Assembly: GCA_963725545.1 (NCBI GenBank)
Contig: CAVRZG010000014.1
Coordinates: forward strand, 733-64,732
Reading direction: 5' to 3'
DNA from: an uncultured Nitrospiraceae bacterium
GTDB lineage: Bacteria; Nitrospirota; Thermodesulfovibrionia; Thermodesulfovibrionales; SM23-35
DNA length: 64,000 nt
Positions within the stretch are counted from its first letter, which is position 1; each line of letters starts with the position of its first letter. This document shows, piece after piece, positions 19,665-29,841 of the stretch. Both the position numbers and the translations under genes were made by a program. The notes under the pieces were generated by a model. The model made no database searches and was not told the origin of the DNA. It saw only the letters and a list, made by a program, of their open reading frames with translations.

Positions 19665-20106
19665 AGTGTTAACAATGGATACTTTTGTGCCTGACAATTA
19701 TGAGACCAACTTGGCTTTTCCCGATTTCCTGACAGAATATACCATATAAGGAGATTACTTTAAAGAGAAAATTAGCATAAAAATCAAGATGTCTGATAAA
19801 AGCGCGGTTGGCTTTTGCTCCTCATTACCATGATAGACCAACTACGCATATCACAGGAAATTTGTCCACATTAATTTTCGGGAGTACCAAACACCCATCA
19901 ACTCGACACTCTCCATGCAGATTTCAAGGAAGAAGTTCAGCCCTAATGCTTCTTTCTTCGCTAAGGCAACGGTTCTGACTGAGGGATGGCTAAGAGAATA
20001 CGACGAGATCCGTCTGAGATATCGTCCCCCAACTCCAAAGGCTACATTGCCAGTTTGCGGGAAACTAATTGCTACTTTGAATATGGTACAATGGCGGAGG
20101 CAGATT

Positions 20107-21042
20107 ATGGATAATAAACCATTTATAAGTATATTGTCATCGGTCTATAATGAGCGTTCATATATTGAGCAGACGATCCGCAGCGTCCTGAATCAGACAT
20201 ACGAGAACTGGGAGTGGATAATTTTAGATGACGGATCAACAGATGGTACGGGAGAAATTCTGAGGGGTATCAGGGATGAAAGAGTGAGATGTATTTTTCA
20301 GGAAAACACAGGGCACCTGGCGAAGAATATGAATAGAATTCTCAGGATAAGCCGCGGTGATATTATTGCTACGCTGGATGGCGACGATTACTGGCCGGAG
20401 AACAAATGTGAGATTCAAATTAAGAGTTTTGACGATCGAGACGTTGTTCTTAGTTATGGTGAATGTATTTTAATAAACTCAAAAGGGGAGAAGCTCGGGC
20501 ATATAGGAGTTCCGGAGGACTCAAGCATAGCCCATAATAATCCGGCAGGATCAGCCCTGAGAAGGCTTCTCGTTGACATCGATTGCTTTATCTGCAATAC
20601 AACAGTCATGTATAGGAAAAGCAGCCTATCAGATGCCGAAGGTTTTGTTGAGGTAGAAGGGTTGCCTCATGATTTTTCGACATGGGTAAAGCTTTCCCTG
20701 TCCGGCAGATTTTCTCCGATACCAGTCTGTCTGGGCTACTATCGGAAACACCTTAAGTCTGTTACGGTAACGATGGATCAAGACTATTATTTTAAGAAGC
20801 AAGTGGACCTCCTGAGAGATTTTTGTCTTGAGAATGTGCAGAGGCTCCGAGACCTCGGGCTATGTTGTGACATCGACACCCTGCAAGATCACTGGAATCG
20901 CATAGGGAAGAAAAACAGAATGATTTCTCATCTGACAGAACTTTCATTGTTCATGAGGGTCGATTTCGTTAATCCGTTCATCTGTTTCGTAAATCGGAAA
21001 CCATTTATAAAAAAGGTGTTAAAAAGATTATTACGGATATGA
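20107..21042 (+). CDS. family 2 glycosyltransferase
   Basis: ISILSSVYNERSYIEQTIRSVLNQTYENWEWIILDDGSTDGT and LDGDDYW (DxD). Start moved to ATG 20107 (MDNKPF). Confidence 0.85.
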   Translation: MDNKPFISILSSVYNERSYIEQTIRSVLNQTYENWEWIILDDGSTDGTGEILRGIRDERVRCIFQENTGHLAKNMNRILRISRGDIIATLDGDDYWPENKCEIQIKSFDDRDVVLSYGECILINSKGEKLGHIGVPEDSSIAHNNPAGSALRRLLVDIDCFICNTTVMYRKSSLSDAEGFVEVEGLPHDFSTWVKLSLSGRFSPIPVCLGYYRKHLKSVTVTMDQDYYFKKQVDLLRDFCLENVQRLRDLGLCCDIDTLQDHWNRIGKKNRMISHLTELSLFMRVDFVNPFICFVNRKPFIKKVLKRLLRI

Positions 21043-21160
21043 CCACTAAAGAACCGAAAAACATTTCTTTCTCAAAGGAATCACGGAAAGGGGGAAAATT
21101 ACACTGAAAACATTACGGAAATGGGAAGTTTAGCAAGAGTTTGGAACTTGAAAGGTTTCA

Positions 21161-22270
21161 ATGTCACCTGACTACCTCATTGTCGGATCCGGGTTGACCG
21201 GTGCAGTTATAGCCCGGTGTTTGCACGATGCGGGCCATAACGTTCTCGTGCTCGAAAGACGCACACATCTGGGGGGTAATGTGCATGACCATCTGCATCC
21301 GTCCGGAGTTCGCATTCATACATACGGTCCGCATTATTTTAGGACCTCGGATGAAAGAATCTGGCAATTTGTGAATCGGTTTTCCGGTTTTCATCCCTAT
21401 GAAGCATCCGTAAAATCTTTCATTGATGGCACATATGAAACGTGGCCGGTAACCGCCTCATACCTTGAGAAGACTGTTGGCAGACATTGGAAACCATCCT
21501 TTGAAGGTACTCCTGCCAATTTTGAAGAGGCTTGCCTGTCCCTCATGCCGGAAACGGTCTATGAGAAGTTTGTAAAGGGGTACAACATAAAGCAGTGGGG
21601 AGTAGACCCGAAAACATTATCTGTAAGCTTGATCAAGAGATTTGATATACATAATGACAATGATTCACGACTCATGCCAAACCACAAATATCAGGGGATA
21701 CCGATACATGGATATGCCGCATTTATGGATAATATGCTGAAAAGGATACCGGTTTTCTTAGACGTGGATTATCTGAAACACAGAAATGACTTCGCCCACA
21801 AAACCCTGTTGATTTATACAGGTCCGATTGATGAATACTTTAACTACACATTAGGCAAATTGAAATACCGGGGACAGGCAAGGGAACATTCATATAGAGA
21901 AGATGTGAATTTTGTGCTGCCGTACGCACAGGTTAACAATCCTGACATAAATAACGGTCCTCACATTCGTACCATAGAGTGGAAGCATATGATGCCTTTG
22001 CATGAAGCGGATCATATAAAAGGAACGGTCCTCACCAAAGAAGTACCCGTAACACCGGAAAATCCGGAAAATTATGAATATCCATTTCCCGATCTTCACA
22101 ATGAAAAACTCTATCGTCGATATAAGAAGCTGGCTTCCGCAATACCAGACGTGCTCTTTTGTGGCCGACTGGGAGAATACAGATATTTGGATATGGATAA
22201 GGCAATAGGAAGGGCATTCATTTTAGCAAAAAAAATCTTGAATAACGAACTAAACCCTCCGGTAAAATAG
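21161..22270 (+). CDS. glf: UDP-galactopyranose mutase
   Basis: 369 aa, FAD fold YLIVGSGLTGAV, and C-terminal GRLGEYRYLDMD typical of Glf. Confidence 0.9.
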   Translation: MSPDYLIVGSGLTGAVIARCLHDAGHNVLVLERRTHLGGNVHDHLHPSGVRIHTYGPHYFRTSDERIWQFVNRFSGFHPYEASVKSFIDGTYETWPVTASYLEKTVGRHWKPSFEGTPANFEEACLSLMPETVYEKFVKGYNIKQWGVDPKTLSVSLIKRFDIHNDNDSRLMPNHKYQGIPIHGYAAFMDNMLKRIPVFLDVDYLKHRNDFAHKTLLIYTGPIDEYFNYTLGKLKYRGQAREHSYREDVNFVLPYAQVNNPDINNGPHIRTIEWKHMMPLHEADHIKGTVLTKEVPVTPENPENYEYPFPDLHNEKLYRRYKKLASAIPDVLFCGRLGEYRYLDMDKAIGRAFILAKKILNNELNPPVK

Positions 22271-22646
22271 GACCTGTAATTTCTTGCTCGTCTTTGTAAA
22301 AACCCTGGTTATTTTTCAACGAACACTATCGCTTCTGCAGTGAGAACACTCTATCCCGGAGTTAGCCTCAAATTCTACGATCGATAGAAAAACAATGAAC
22401 TCTTTTCTTCAATCTTTACAAATGTACTCATAAGCAGGCATAAGGCCCTACTTTGGGGATCTCGGTGGGACCTCAGGGTCAAGTCTACACATTTCGCAAA
22501 TCAAGAGGTTTTTCTTAATGGGCGCGCCATGTCTTGTGATGCCAATTGCACGGATATGGCATTCAATTGTCAAAAGTGTAGACCATTGTTGATCCCTATT
22601 CCACTTTAATAATGGAATCTTTATACCTCACTGGCCCGATGCGAAG

Positions 22647-23006
22647 TTACCCGACCTTCTGTTTTTTGGCGGCCGGTGTCGAATGCTTGGTTAGACGAGT
22701 ATTTGGAACGAGCTTGATCTCCAGGCGACAGCCCACTGCCCGTGCATATTTCTTGAGCGTAGTCAGAGACGGGGCATGTTTACCCGCAGCTTCCAACCGT
22801 GATATTGCACTTTTTGTCGTGCCCATCAACTCTGCAACAGCTTCCTGAGTCAAGCCGAACTTGGAACGAGCGGCCAGCATCTCACGGGTAAGACGGTACT
22901 CTTCTTCCAGATCCTCGTATGCTTTTCTGAACTCTTTCCGTTTTGATGCCTTTTTGAGGAAAGCCTCATGGTCATGAGAAACGGGTTTGTACTTTATATC
23001 AGCCAT
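22647..23006 (-). CDS. higA: XRE-family HTH antitoxin (HigA-like)
   Basis: 119 aa, HTH LTQEAVAELMGTTKSAISRLE. Start overlaps the restored toxin stop (ATGGCTGA). Confidence 0.8.
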   Translation of the reverse strand: MADIKYKPVSHDHEAFLKKASKRKEFRKAYEDLEEEYRLTREMLAARSKFGLTQEAVAELMGTTKSAISRLEAAGKHAPSLTTLKKYARAVGCRLEIKLVPNTRLTKHSTPAAKKQKVG

Positions 23007-23324
23007 TTCGTACCTCCTTCAATCTTTTCCGGGCAAGATGCAAGTCTTTTTCCGGCGTTTCCTTGATTTTTTCACAAAAGCATGAAGTATCACAATGCGT
23101 TGAGCATCAATATAACAATATAAAGCGCGTCCGATACCTTCACGGCCGCGTGGCCGCAATTCAAAAAGTCCGTCGCCCATTGCACGCGAGTGCGGCATCC
23201 GCAGATTTGGCCCGAATTCCATCAAGAGCTCCACCAAGCGTGCATAATCCGCCAATATACCATCAGGCCAGCTTTCGATGTCATGTTTAACACGGACATG
23301 GAAGTATTCGACGGAATATTTCAT
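22999..23324 (-). CDS. higB: HigB/Gp49-like (RelE superfamily) toxin, frame break in a T6/A6 run at 23067-23072
   Basis: MKYSVEYF...GLFELRPRGREGIGRALYCY...VILHAFVKK. After the A6 run the adjacent frame reads KETPEKDLHLARKRLKEVRNG, the canonical family C-terminus, ending at TGA 22999-23001. Confidence 0.75.
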
Positions 23325-23331
23325 CTTCTCC

Positions 23332-23360
23332 ATGTTAGCACTTATGCTAACCATTGTCAA
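23332..23360 (-). promoter_or_regulatory. sigma70-type promoter with embedded palindromic operator for higBA
   Basis: Minus strand TTGACA (23360-23355) - 17 nt - TAACAT (23337-23332). The spacer and -10 contain GTTAGCA-CTTA-TGCTAAC (23334-23351). The predicted TSS falls at or next to the toxin ATG (23324). Confidence 0.55.
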
Positions 23361-23944
23361 GATTGCGAATTCAACTTGCGAATGTCTTTGTGCCCAAGGC
23401 CGGCAGAAGATTCCTAAGGACTAAAATCCCAATTTCTTAATCGTGCATAGTACTCACAGTAGTCCTCACAATTATTGAACGCGACAACTATGCGTGTTTC
23501 TTTTGAAAATCACTTGTCACTTGCCAACAATGAAGATTTGACCCTTACAAATACAAATACTCCCATTCTGTGGAGCACAATCGGAAATTGTTACAGTGGC
23601 ACAAACGTCACCAAAAGCACGGAATTCAAGATAAAAGACCTGACCCCATCGACGCAGCCATGTTTCAGATTCCTCATCATATACTCGTCGGAGAGCAGCG
23701 GGTGACACAACTCGGAATCCCCTTCTCACAGAAAGAAACGTTTCTGCCTAATCTTTTTATACTGTTAACTTCTTTTGGAAATCTTGTCTACGCTTCAAAA
23801 TTCTTATAATATCTCCTCCCCGACTTAGTTCTTGTACTATATCTATCATTTCTAACAATGCATCACGGTGTTTTGTCTTTCATAAGATCCCAATTTTATT
23901 GACTGTTTTTTGTTATAAGACTAAAATGATAGCGGATAAAAAAT

Positions 23945-26765
23945 ATGGCAAAAAAGCCTGAAGACAGGGCACGTGAAGATATTGACAGAATGCTTGAAAA
24001 AGCAGGTTGGAGTGTCCAGGACATCGACCATATCAATATACATGATCGACAAGGCATTGCAATCAGAGATTTTCCATTAAAGCCCGGACATGGTTTTGCG
24101 GATTATATTTTATATATCGATGGCAAGGCTGCGGGGGTTATTGAGGCAAAGAAGGCAGGGACTACATTAACCGGCGTCGAAATTCAGTCTGACAAATATA
24201 AGCACGGCCTTCCTGATATTCTGCCTGCCTGGTATCGTCCCCTTCCTTTTTGTTATCAGTCCACCGGAGTAGAAACCCGATTCACGAATGGGTTTGAACC
24301 TGATTATCGCTCCAGGAATGTCTTCTCTTTCCACCGTCCTGAAACATTGGCTGAATGGCTTGATAAAGATACCGAAGACTCATTGAAAATGGCAGCTGAA
24401 AATAGTCCGCTTTACATATTTCCATCAACGTTACCTGCACGACTTCGCACCATGCCGATCTCTGAAAGAAGAGGGCTTGTGGCCTGCGCAGATAAAGGCG
24501 ATTCAGAATTTGGAAAAATCCCTTACTGAGAACCGGCCCCGTGCACTCATCCAGATGGCAACGGGAAGCGGCAAGACGTTCACCGCAGTTACCGCAATTT
24601 ACCGCATGATCAAATTTGCAAAAGCAAAAAGAGTTTTGTTTCTTGTAGACCGTGCGAACCTCGGACGGCAGACCCGCAAGGAATTTGAGCAGTATGTGTC
24701 TCCCTATAGCCCTTACAAGTTCACAGAGGAATACATAGTCCAGCAACTGAAATCCAATCAGATCGATAAAACCGCACGGGTTTGCATCTCCACCATCCAG
24801 CGCCTCTATTCAATGCTGAAAGGCGAGGAGATAGATCCCGAGCTTGAGGAAGAATCTCTCTTTGACCATTCGGACCTTTTCAAAGAGCCGATGCCTGTTG
24901 AATATAATCCTGCCATCCCTATCGAGACTTTTGATGTGATCATTACCGATGAATGCCATCGTTCCATCTATAATCTCTGGCGGCAGGTCCTTGAATATTT
25001 CGACGCCTTTATTATCGGTCTTACCGCTACGCCAAACAAGCAGACCTTCGGTTTCTTCAATCAGAACCTTGTCATGGAATATCCCCATGAGCAGGCGGTT
25101 GCCGATGGAGTAAATGTCAATTATGATGTCTATCGCATTCGCACAAAGATTACCAAGGACGGTTCAAAGGTCGATGCAGGTTATTATGTCGATATACGCG
25201 ATCGCGAAACGCGGGCTGTACGATGGGAAAGGCTGGATGAGGATCTGGAATATTCCGCTAATCAATTGGATAGAGATGTGGTGGCTCTTGACCAGATCCG
25301 GACAGTTATCAAAACCTTTCGTGACAAGCTTTTCACCGATATCTTCCCCGGCCGCAAAGATGTGCCGAAAACCCTCATTTATGCAAAGGATGATTCTCAC
25401 GCTGAAGACATTGTAAAGATTATCAGGGAAGAGTTCGGCAAAGGGAACGAATTCTGCCAGAAGATAACATACAAAACAACAGGCAAAAAACCCGATGAAC
25501 TCATTGCTGAATTCAGGAACAGCTATTTCCCGAGGATCGCTGTCACGGTGGACATGATTGCAACAGGCACAGACATCAAACCACTGGAAATCGTTTTATT
25601 CCTTCGCACGGTAAAGTCACGGTCTTACTTTGAGCAGATGAAAGGCCGAGGAGTTCGTGTGATCAATCCGAACGACCTGCAATCAGTGACGCCGGATGCT
25701 TCTGCCAAGACTCATTTTGTAATTGTCGATGCAGCCGGTGTTTGCGAACAGGACAAGACAGACTCAAGGCCGATGGAAAGGAAACCCTCTGTATCCCTGG
25801 AAAAGCTTCTTCAGGCTGTGGCTCTGGGGAATACTGAATCAGATGTGATATCTTCAATAGCGGGGCGTTTAGCCCGCATGGATAAGAAATTAAATCCTGA
25901 AGACAAGGCAGAAGTTCAGAAACTTGCCGGAGGAAAAAGCCTCAAGGCATTGACAGGTGATCTTGTACAGGCAATTGATCCTGACAGGCATATAGAAGTG
26001 GCGAAAAAAGATAATCCAAGGATTGCAGAGCCTTCAGCCTGAGCAGATCAAACAGGCTGCGACAAAGATCATTAAGGAATCAGTAAAGCCACTTCATAAT
26101 GCTGAACTTCGGAGAAAACTGGTCGAACTACACAAAACCACAGAACAGACGATTGATACAGTCAGTATAGATAAGGTCATAGAAGCCGGATTCAGCGCCG
26201 ATGCATTGGAGAAGGCAAAGGGTCTGGTTACTTCATTTGAGCAATTCATCAAAGACCATAAAGACGAGATCACCGCTCTGCAAATCCTCTACAGCAGGCC
26301 ATACAAGGAGCGATTGCGCTTTGAGGAGATAAAGGCTCTTGGCAGACCTTATCGAAAAGCCTCCTTATCTCTGGCGCATAGACAGGCTCTGGGAAGCATA
26401 CGCGGCATTGGAGAAATCAAAGGTTAGAGGAGCAGGCAGCCATCGGATTCTGACCGATCTCGTTTCGCTCATCCGTTTTGCCCTGCATCAGGAGGATGAA
26501 TTAGAACCGTATGCAGAACATGTAGAGGAGAGGTTCAGCGCATGGATTGTAAATCAGGAAAAGACAGGGAAGAAGTTCAGCGAGGAGCAATTGTTCTGGT
26601 TGGAGAAAATCAAGGAGCATATTGTCGGAAGCCTGAGCATAGACAGGGAAGATTTTGAATATACTCCTTTTAAAGAAAAAGGCGGAATTGGTAAAGCCTA
26701 TCAGCTTTTCGGGGAAGGCCTTGTGGCCGTTGCTGGATGAATTGAATGAGGTGCTGGCGGCGTGA
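23945..26765 (+). pseudogene. hsdR: type I restriction enzyme R subunit (EcoEI-like, with EcoEI_R_C-type tail), at least 4 frame breaks
   Basis: Track ORFs 23945..24529, 24477..26042, 26023..26427 and 26339..26740, plus a last piece ending LLDELNEVLAA at 26763-26765. MATGSGKTFTAV and DECHR helicase motifs. Breaks near 24500, 26030, 26380 and 26712 (GGGG run). Confidence 0.85.
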
Positions 26766-26778
26766 GAATGATAACTAT

Positions 26779-26808
26779 GTAGGGGCAGACCAATGTGTCT
26801 GCCCTGTA
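26779..26808. repeat. REP-like palindromic unit
   Basis: GTAGGGGCAGAC-CAATGT-GTCTGCCCTGTA. Confidence 0.7.
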
Positions 26809-26903
26809 TTGGATGTCTCTGCCGAGGTTCGAAGAAATATAGGGACATGTTGAACCGACATAAGACAAACATGATGGATGAATCGTCAACGACGATATCA
26901 ACC

Positions 26904-26999
26904 GTAGGGGCAGACCTGCGTGTCTGGCCTTCTGAGGAAAACCACAATTGCATAAAGAATCATAAACAAAACAGGGCGAACACGCAGGTTCGCCCCTAC
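26904..26999. repeat. inverted REP doublet (REPIN-like)
   Basis: GTAGGGGCAGACCTGCGTGTCTGGCC (26904-26929) and inverted GGGCGAACACGCAGGTTCGCCCCTAC (26974-26999). Confidence 0.75.
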
Positions 27000-27580
27000 G
27001 AAAACAATTTGCCGAAAGGATGGGTAAATATACCTTGAAGATGCGGTCGATATCATAGATAGTCGTCACGTTCCTATTAATGCCAAAGACAGGGAAAAGA
27101 GACATGGAGCAATTCCTTATTATGGCGCAACAGGTCAAGTCGGGTGGATTGATGATTATCTTTTCGATGAAGAGCTTGTTTTGTTAGGTGAAGATGGGGC
27201 GCCTTTTCTCGAACCGGCAAAGCAAAAAGCTATATTATTCGTGGCAAATCGTGGATAAATAATCATGCGCATGTGCTTCGGGCTCGTAATGGTATTCCAA
27301 ACTGCTTATATAAAATATTATCTTGATATTGTCGATTATCATAAATTTGTAGCGGGCACAACACGATTGAAACTTAATCAATCCGCTATGAGACAGATTC
27401 CTGTGCCCATAGCACCTCTCGACCAACAAAAACTAATCGTCGCGGAAATCGAAAAGCAGTTCTCCCGTCTTGATGAAGCTGTGGCAGCGCTCAAGCGCAT
27501 ACAGGCAAATCTCAAGCGATATAAAGCCTCTGTCCTCAAGGCTGCTGTTGAAGGCAAATTGACAGAAGAATGGCGTTCCC

Positions 27581-27608
27581 GTAGGGGCACGTTGCAACGT
27601 GCCCCTAC
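27581..27608. repeat. REP unit, perfect 28-bp palindrome, in frame inside hsdS
   Basis: GTAGGGGCACGTTGCAACGTGCCCCTAC, identical to 29563-29590. Translated as RGTLQRAPT. Confidence 0.85.
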
Positions 27609-27693
27609 AAAAGACGAAACCGGTGCGGAATTATTAAAACGCATCCTCATCGAAAGACGAAAAAAATGGGAAGAGGATTATATCAAAAAATAT

Positions 27694-27717
27694 GTAGGGG
27701 CGCATGGCCATGCGCCC
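27694..27717. repeat. REP unit in frame inside hsdS
   Basis: GTAGGGGCGCATGGCCATGCGCCC (20-bp perfect palindrome after GTAG), translated VGAHGHAP. Confidence 0.75.
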
Positions 27718-28393
27718 AAAGATGATTCGTGGAAGAAAAAATATAAGGAACCTGCGTCACCAGATACATCAAAACTACCCGAATTGCCGAAGGGATGGGT
27801 TTGGGTTCAAGCTTACAAAATATTTGTGATGTAATTACCGATGGTGATCATCAGCCACCACCTCAAACAAATGAGGGCATTCCATTTCTTGTGATCGGAA
27901 ATGTTCGTACGGGAAAGCTTGATTTCTCAAATACCCGCTTTGTCTCGAAGGAGTATTATGAAAATATTCTCGAAGATCGCATCCCTGAAAGGGGAGATAT
28001 TCTATACACGGTTGTGGGTACTCTGGAATCCCCGTGCTTGTTGATACTGACAAGAACTTCTTGTTCAAGCGTCATATTGCTATATTTAAGCCATCGAAAT
28101 CTGTTGATAGGATATTTCTTTATCACTTATTCTGCAATCCAATTTTGTTTTTGCTCAAGGCAACTAAATGTGCTACTGGGACAGCGCAAAAAACTGGGTT
28201 ACCACTTTCAGGGCTACAGAGCAATTGTCATCCCTTTCCCGTCGCTAAAAGAGCGAAAAAGGATATTGCGGAAGAAGTCGAAAGCCGTCTTTCTGTTACC
28301 GAAGAAATCGAAGCTATCTATCGAAATCAATCTCAATCGTGCTGAACGCCTGCGCCAGTCGATTTTGAAAAAGGCTTTTTCAGGGAAGCTCGT

Positions 28394-29048
28394 ATGAAAA
28401 AATCACAAAGATACGACACTTCACATCTGATCGAAGATCAGTTTGAGCCCGGTTCTCAAGGAAGGGTGCTCAGGAACAAGCTTTGCATCACGAGTGCACG
28501 GGTGATGGCCAAGCAAGAAAACGAAGCGCAACTGCAAGTGCTTGAGAAGCTTACAGCATGTTTATCAAAGAGATCATCGGGTTACCTCTGCCGATATATG
28601 TTATATTCATAAAATCTGGCTTGGTGACATTTACGAATGGGGTGGTAGATACCGTCAGGTAAAGATGTACAAAGATGGATTCCCTTTTGGATATCCGGAA
28701 CAGATTCCTAAATTGATGACGGAATTTGAAAAAGGGCCGCTATGTCAATTTACTCCTTGCCGTTTCAAAACTCTCAAAGAAGTGATAAAAGCTCTTGCCG
28801 TAGTCCATACAGAATTGGTGCTTATTCATCCTTTCAGGGAAGGCAATGGACGGGTGGCGAGAATGTTGGCTATCTTAATGGCGCTGCAGGCAGGTTTGCC
28901 GCCTTTGGATTTCAGCGGGATAACCGGCAAGAAGAAAAAAGAATATATTGAAGCAATTCATGCAGGGTTTCAGGGAAAATATAAGCCGATGGAAAAAATA
29001 TTCGAATCTGTTATTCGTAAGACGCTAAGGGCTCGTGGACGGAAATAA
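28394..29048 (+). CDS. fic: Fic/DOC-family protein (AMPylase-type motif), one frame break about 28550-28600
   Basis: Track ORFs 28394..28612 and 28542..29048. Core motif HPFREGNGRVAR. ATGA overlap with the hsdS stop. Resembles short class I Fic proteins. Confidence 0.82.
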
Positions 29049-29208
29049 CTGCTTTCAGCTTCTTCTTCGCTGTTTTGGACAGTCTGGAATACTTTGTGAG
29101 AACCCCTTCAACTGCTGTTGAGGAAGAGACGGATTGATAGAGCAGGGCTTTGCCGAGTTCGGGGTCTTTCAAATAGGGGTTAGTTTCTTTTAAGGATTTT
29201 TTCGGCAT
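29011..29208 (-). CDS. small protein carrying a Fic-inhibitory-type SxxxEG motif (candidate antitoxin), convergent with fic
   Basis: 65 aa: MPKKSLKETNPYLKDPELGKALLYQSVSSSTAVEGV. STAVEG fits [S/T]xxxE[G/N]. The 3' end overlaps the fic 3' end by 38 nt. Confidence 0.45.
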   Translation of the reverse strand: MPKKSLKETNPYLKDPELGKALLYQSVSSSTAVEGVLTKYSRLSKTAKKKLKAVISVHEPLASYE

Positions 29209-29287
29209 GTATTATTATACCAAAAACCATGACACATAAAAGGGAGGGCACCTCGCCCTTACAAAGACAAGTCGGATGGAAATACGC

Positions 29288-29837
29288 ATGATATACAAGC
29301 CTGAAATTCATCACCGCCGGTCAATTCGTTTGAAAGGATATGATTATTCACAGGCAGGAGCGTATTTTGTGACCATATGTTCATGGAATAAAGATTGTCA
29401 TATTCGGAGAAATTGCGAATGGAGAAATGCTTTTAAATGAATTAGGGAGGATAGTCAAGGAAGAATGGTTGAGGACAGGGAGAATTCGTCAGAATCTCGA
29501 AATCGATGAATTTATTGTAATGCCCAATCATATTCACGGAATATTGAATATAACCGATAATGGTAGGGGCACGTTGCAACGTGCCCCTACGGAAGAACAA
29601 TTCGGCAAACCTGTATCTAATTCGATACCAACAATTGTTCGTTTATTTAAATCCACAACAACAAAACAAATAAACAAATTCCGAAATAAGCCCAGTGTTC
29701 TCGTCTGGCAGCGAAATTATTACGAACATATCATCCGCGATGACAAAGAATTGCAGGCAATTCGGGAATATATCAGATACAATCCTCTAAAGTGGAATGA
29801 AGACGAAGAAAATCCGGAAATGAAAGGGATCATATAA
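29288..29837 (+). mobile_element. REP-associated tyrosine transposase (RAYT, IS200/IS605-like HUH, COG1943), one frame break about 29395-29425
   Basis: N-terminus MIYKPEIHHRRSIRLKGYDYSQAGAYFVTIC in one frame, then FGEIANGEMLLNELGRIV (track ORF 29427..29837). HUH motif PNHIHGIL and catalytic-Tyr region RNYYEHIIRD. Own REP embedded at 29563. Confidence 0.8.
29563..29590. repeat. REP unit, perfect 28-bp palindrome, in frame inside the RAYT gene
   Basis: GTAGGGGCACGTTGCAACGTGCCCCTAC, translated GRGTLQRAPT, between the HUH motif and the Tyr region. Confidence 0.85.
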
Positions 29838-29841
29838 CAAA

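Larger units (their letters stand above)
27009..28397 (+). pseudogene. hsdS: type I R-M specificity subunit, two TRDs, at least 4 frame breaks and two in-frame REP insertions
   Basis: Pieces read LPKGWVNI / LEDAVDIIDSRHVPI...LLGEDGAPF / SWINNHAHVLRA...TRLKLNQSAMRQIPVPIAPLDQQKLIVAEIE / LPELPKGWVWV / ITDGDHQPP...LYTVVGT / PVLVDTDKNFLFKRHIAIFKP / LNRAERLRQSILKKAFSGKLV. Start uncertain: TTG 27009, or in-frame ATG 26871 reading through the REP doublet. Confidence 0.8.

Noticed and set aside
22483-22583. 8-bp inverted repeat GTCTACAC / GTGTAGAC, and the 10-mer ATGGCATTCA shared with 31434, as possible island borders
   Set aside because: They are too short to distinguish from chance in 64 kb. There are no accompanying integrase or tRNA genes or longer direct repeats.
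26501-27138. Track ORFs 26501..26953(-), 26701..27138(-) and 26793..27038(+) across the hsdR-hsdS junction
   Set aside because: They span the REP palindrome cluster and the frameshifted ends of hsdR and hsdS. Peptides such as VGADLRVWP and RANTQVRPY are REP translations.
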